From the IMG/VR virus record IMGVR_UViG_3300021540_000078: a stretch of DNA of 20,587 bases; one strand, 5' to 3'. The translations under genes were made by a program, and so were the position numbers. Shown one piece after another: positions 18,621-20,587 of the stretch (position 1 is its first letter; the number at the start of each line of letters is the position of its first letter). The notes beneath the pieces were generated by a model. The model did no database searches and was not told the DNA's origin. It saw only the letters and a list, made by a program, of their open reading frames with translations. Source of the DNA: a virus.

Positions 18621-18651
18621 GAAATTTATAAATACTATTTTTGTGAGGTGA
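18621..18651 (+). promoter_or_regulatory. Putative TATA box and RBS for the right-hand gene cluster
   Basis: GAAA followed by TTTATAAA (18625-18632), and GAGGTGA (18645-18651) before ATG 18659. TATA-to-start spacing is short, so the TATA assignment is tentative. Confidence 0.4.
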
Positions 18652-18658
18652 AAACCCC

Positions 18659-19426
18659 ATGACACTTCACATAGCTCTAGATGGAATTTACGTGAATGTA
18701 AACCATATGATAATACAAAAACTTGCAGAATATTTAACTCAAAATTCATATACTGTAAAGACAATTTTTCCACTTCAAGATGAATCTATTCAGTCTATAT
18801 TGGCTGGCTATGATTTGACATTTTCTGAAAAAGCAATGATTGCAGCACTTGATAGAAGCATTGCCTGGAACAATCAAAACTTCAGCAATTATGATATTGT
18901 TATTTGGCAGACAAGCATTCTTTCAAGCTATGTTTTTCACACAGATCAAAATGTAAAGCCATCATTTATTAAAAGCATCAATAGATTTGTTCCAAATATG
19001 GATATCATTGTTGTGGTTCAGCCACTTGAGGATAAAAATCAAATCATTCAGAAATTCAATGAGGTTATCCAGCAATTTGATAATGTGTATCCGGTGAATT
19101 TTGTATACGGTGCAATTGACCTCACCTTTAAAGAGGCAATTGAGACTATTTTTGAGGTTTTGCCAACATGCAATTGGTGTGGAAGGCTTTTTACAAAAAC
19201 CACACACTTTAAAAAATATTGCAGCAAGAATTGCAAGGATTATGCAAAAGAGGAACAAAATCGCTTGAACTTTCGTAACTATTACAAAAGATACAAGGAC
19301 ACTATGAGTGAGGCTCAAAAAGGTGCTTTGGGAAGTAAAGGTGCAAATCTCCACGCTCATGCAAATACTGATCCAGAAGTTGAGGCACGTTTGATAAGTA
19401 ATGAAAAGAAACGTTTGGGATTATAA
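18659..19426 (+). CDS. Degenerate thymidylate-kinase-fold domain fused to a C-terminal CxxC...CxxxC zinc finger
   Basis: The N-terminal ~165 aa follow the Tmk pattern (IALDGI..KLAEYL..YTV; AALDR; IVI...SS; INRFVPNMDII) but lack the P-loop GK(T/S) and the DR(Y/F) motif. C-terminus has CNWCGRLF...YCSKNC and a basic helix. Confidence 0.7.
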   Translation: MTLHIALDGIYVNVNHMIIQKLAEYLTQNSYTVKTIFPLQDESIQSILAGYDLTFSEKAMIAALDRSIAWNNQNFSNYDIVIWQTSILSSYVFHTDQNVKPSFIKSINRFVPNMDIIVVVQPLEDKNQIIQKFNEVIQQFDNVYPVNFVYGAIDLTFKEAIETIFEVLPTCNWCGRLFTKTTHFKKYCSKNCKDYAKEEQNRLNFRNYYKRYKDTMSEAQKGALGSKGANLHAHANTDPEVEARLISNEKKRLGL

Positions 19427-19493
19427 TGTTTCTAATAATTTTAGGGTGGTTGGATTTTGTTTATTTTTATTATAGTTTTTAGTGAGGAGAGTA

Positions 19494-19751
19494 TTGAAGT
19501 CAATGTGTAATCAAACATATTCAAACTTGGTATGTCCTGAATGTGAAAATGAAGGTGAATTTGAAAAAGATGACAATGAGGAAGTTTACTGCAAAAATTG
19601 CGGTGTTGTTATCAAATCACCATACCCTTATACAGCTGGAATAAGATTTAAGACATTAACTGAAATGCTTGAAGATAAGAAAAACGAAGAAAAGAAAAAG
19701 GATTTCTGGAGGATGAAAAAATGTACAGTTTTAAAAAATACAGTTGGTTAA
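19494..19751 (+). CDS. Stand-alone TFIIB-type zinc-ribbon protein
   Basis: CPECENEGEFEKDDNEEVYCKNCGVVI matches the TFIIB ribbon pattern CPxC..D...E.YC..CG.VI. GAGGAG at 19484-19489 favours TTG 19494 or ATG 19503 over the ORF-track GTG 19482. Confidence 0.75.
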   Translation: MKSMCNQTYSNLVCPECENEGEFEKDDNEEVYCKNCGVVIKSPYPYTAGIRFKTLTEMLEDKKNEEKKKDFWRMKKCTVLKNTVG

Positions 19752-19981
19752 TTAGTGCAATATTTGCAATTTTAGTTTTTATAAGTGGTTTAACTGCAAG
19801 TGACATTGGTTTTTTACCTGTTAAATATCAGTCAATGGCTGTTGGTGTTATTGGTGCTGCTGCATTGATTGTTAAAATCATTCCTGAAAATTACAGGGTA
19901 AAAATAGCTGAAGGCCTTATCAGGGAAGAATATGAAATTCCAAAAGAGAGCTTAGATGAAAGAGATGAGGATTATGTGTGA
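19721..19981 (+). CDS. Small 2-TM membrane protein, holin-like candidate
   Basis: Hydrophobic segments WLISAIFAILVFISGLTA and MAVGVIGAAALIVKII, charged acidic C-tail, GGAGGA RBS. The holin function is inference only. Confidence 0.6.
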   Translation: MYSFKKYSWLISAIFAILVFISGLTASDIGFLPVKYQSMAVGVIGAAALIVKIIPENYRVKIAEGLIREEYEIPKESLDERDEDYV

Positions 19982-20201
19982 TGATAGAAGTTCAAATATC
20001 AAGGACCTTGTGAGATTTTCAACAAAAGCAACACTAACAGTTCCAACAATTCTTTTAGATGAAGCTACTGATGATTTTGAAGTATATTATGATTTTAAAA
20101 TTGCAATGTTTTGTTTAAAAAATGATGATGGATTAATTTTAAGTGAAAAGGAAATTGATGATGAAATGTCTGAAATCACCATTGAACTTAAGGGAGATTA
20201 G
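19974..20201 (+). CDS. Hypothetical acidic protein (~75 aa)
   Basis: ORF track gives 19956. GAGGA at ~19967-19971 favours ATG 19974, which overlaps the upstream stop. Confidence 0.6.
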   Translation: MCDDRSSNIKDLVRFSTKATLTVPTILLDEATDDFEVYYDFKIAMFCLKNDDGLILSEKEIDDEMSEITIELKGD

Positions 20202-20202
20202 T

Positions 20203-20544
20203 ATGTCTAAGCCATTGACTGAAACAATATCCTGGAGGCGTACAATCTGGACCTATGGATTTGTTAAAACCACACTTTCAGGTTCACTAATCTCAACAGG
20301 TGTGGTTTTGATTTTTAATGGTGTAACAGAACACCCTTTGTTTTCTGGATTTAATGAAATAGCTATTTTTACCGGTGTTATAGCAATAATATTGGCCATT
20401 GCTGTTATCACAAGCATTGATAGGTATAAGGAAAAAACCAAAAAAGAAGAGCTTGAGGCTATTGACAGACAAATCGATGAAAAAGCAAAACGCATTGCAG
20501 AAGAAAAGGTCCTGGAATATCTAAGGGAGATTGAAAATGAATAA
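20203..20544 (+). CDS. 2-TM membrane protein with C-terminal charged coiled coil (113 aa)
   Basis: ORF track gives 20143. AGGGAG at 20191-20196 favours ATG 20203. Hydrophobic segments TLSGSLISTGVVLIFNGV and IAIFTGVIAIILAIAVIT, then KEKTKKEELEAIDRQIDEKAKRIAEE. Confidence 0.7.
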   Translation: MSKPLTETISWRRTIWTYGFVKTTLSGSLISTGVVLIFNGVTEHPLFSGFNEIAIFTGVIAIILAIAVITSIDRYKEKTKKEELEAIDRQIDEKAKRIAEEKVLEYLREIENE

Positions 20545-20587
20545 GTACAATTCTTTTTTTAAAACCGTTGGAGGATCGGAAGGTGAT

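Noticed and set aside
18564-20495. Minus-strand ORFs 18564..18773, 18962..19360, 19048..19236 and 20253..20495
   Set aside because: They are antisense to + strand genes that have clear RBSs and motifs.
1-20587. CRISPR array, tRNA/rRNA, transposase, integrase or invertase near pglX
   Set aside because: No regularly spaced repeats, RNA-gene signatures or recombinase motifs were seen. Recombinase-driven phase variation is therefore not supported within this window.

Overview
This is a very AT-rich window with all credible genes on the + strand. It is probably from a Methanobacteriales archaeon such as Methanobrevibacter; this is inferred from GGTGA/GGAG ribosome-binding sites, TATA-like boxes, hairpin-less T-tract terminators and a TFIIB-type Zn-ribbon gene. 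The core (about 1478-17835) is an apparently intact type 1 BREX operon in canonical order, brxA-brxB-brxC-pglX-pglX-pglZ-brxL. It has TWO full-length tandem PglX methyltransferases. Both keep motif I and NPPY, share exact DNA tracts of 50-82 bp near their ends, and have strongly divergent target-recognition regions, which suggests dual-specificity BREX. An 82-aa winged-HTH gene lies directly upstream and an acidic 132-aa orphan directly downstream. The flanks are clusters of small, tightly packed virus-like genes: a degenerate dTMP-kinase fold fused to a Zn finger, a stand-alone TFIIB-type Zn ribbon, and two 2-TM holin-like proteins. The defence cassette may therefore be cargo in an integrated element, although no integrase or capsid gene is visible here. 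The intergenic region at 18420-18590 contains a perfect 15-bp inverted repeat and other hairpins. Several start codons in the ORF track sit on top of the RBS and were moved 9 nt downstream.
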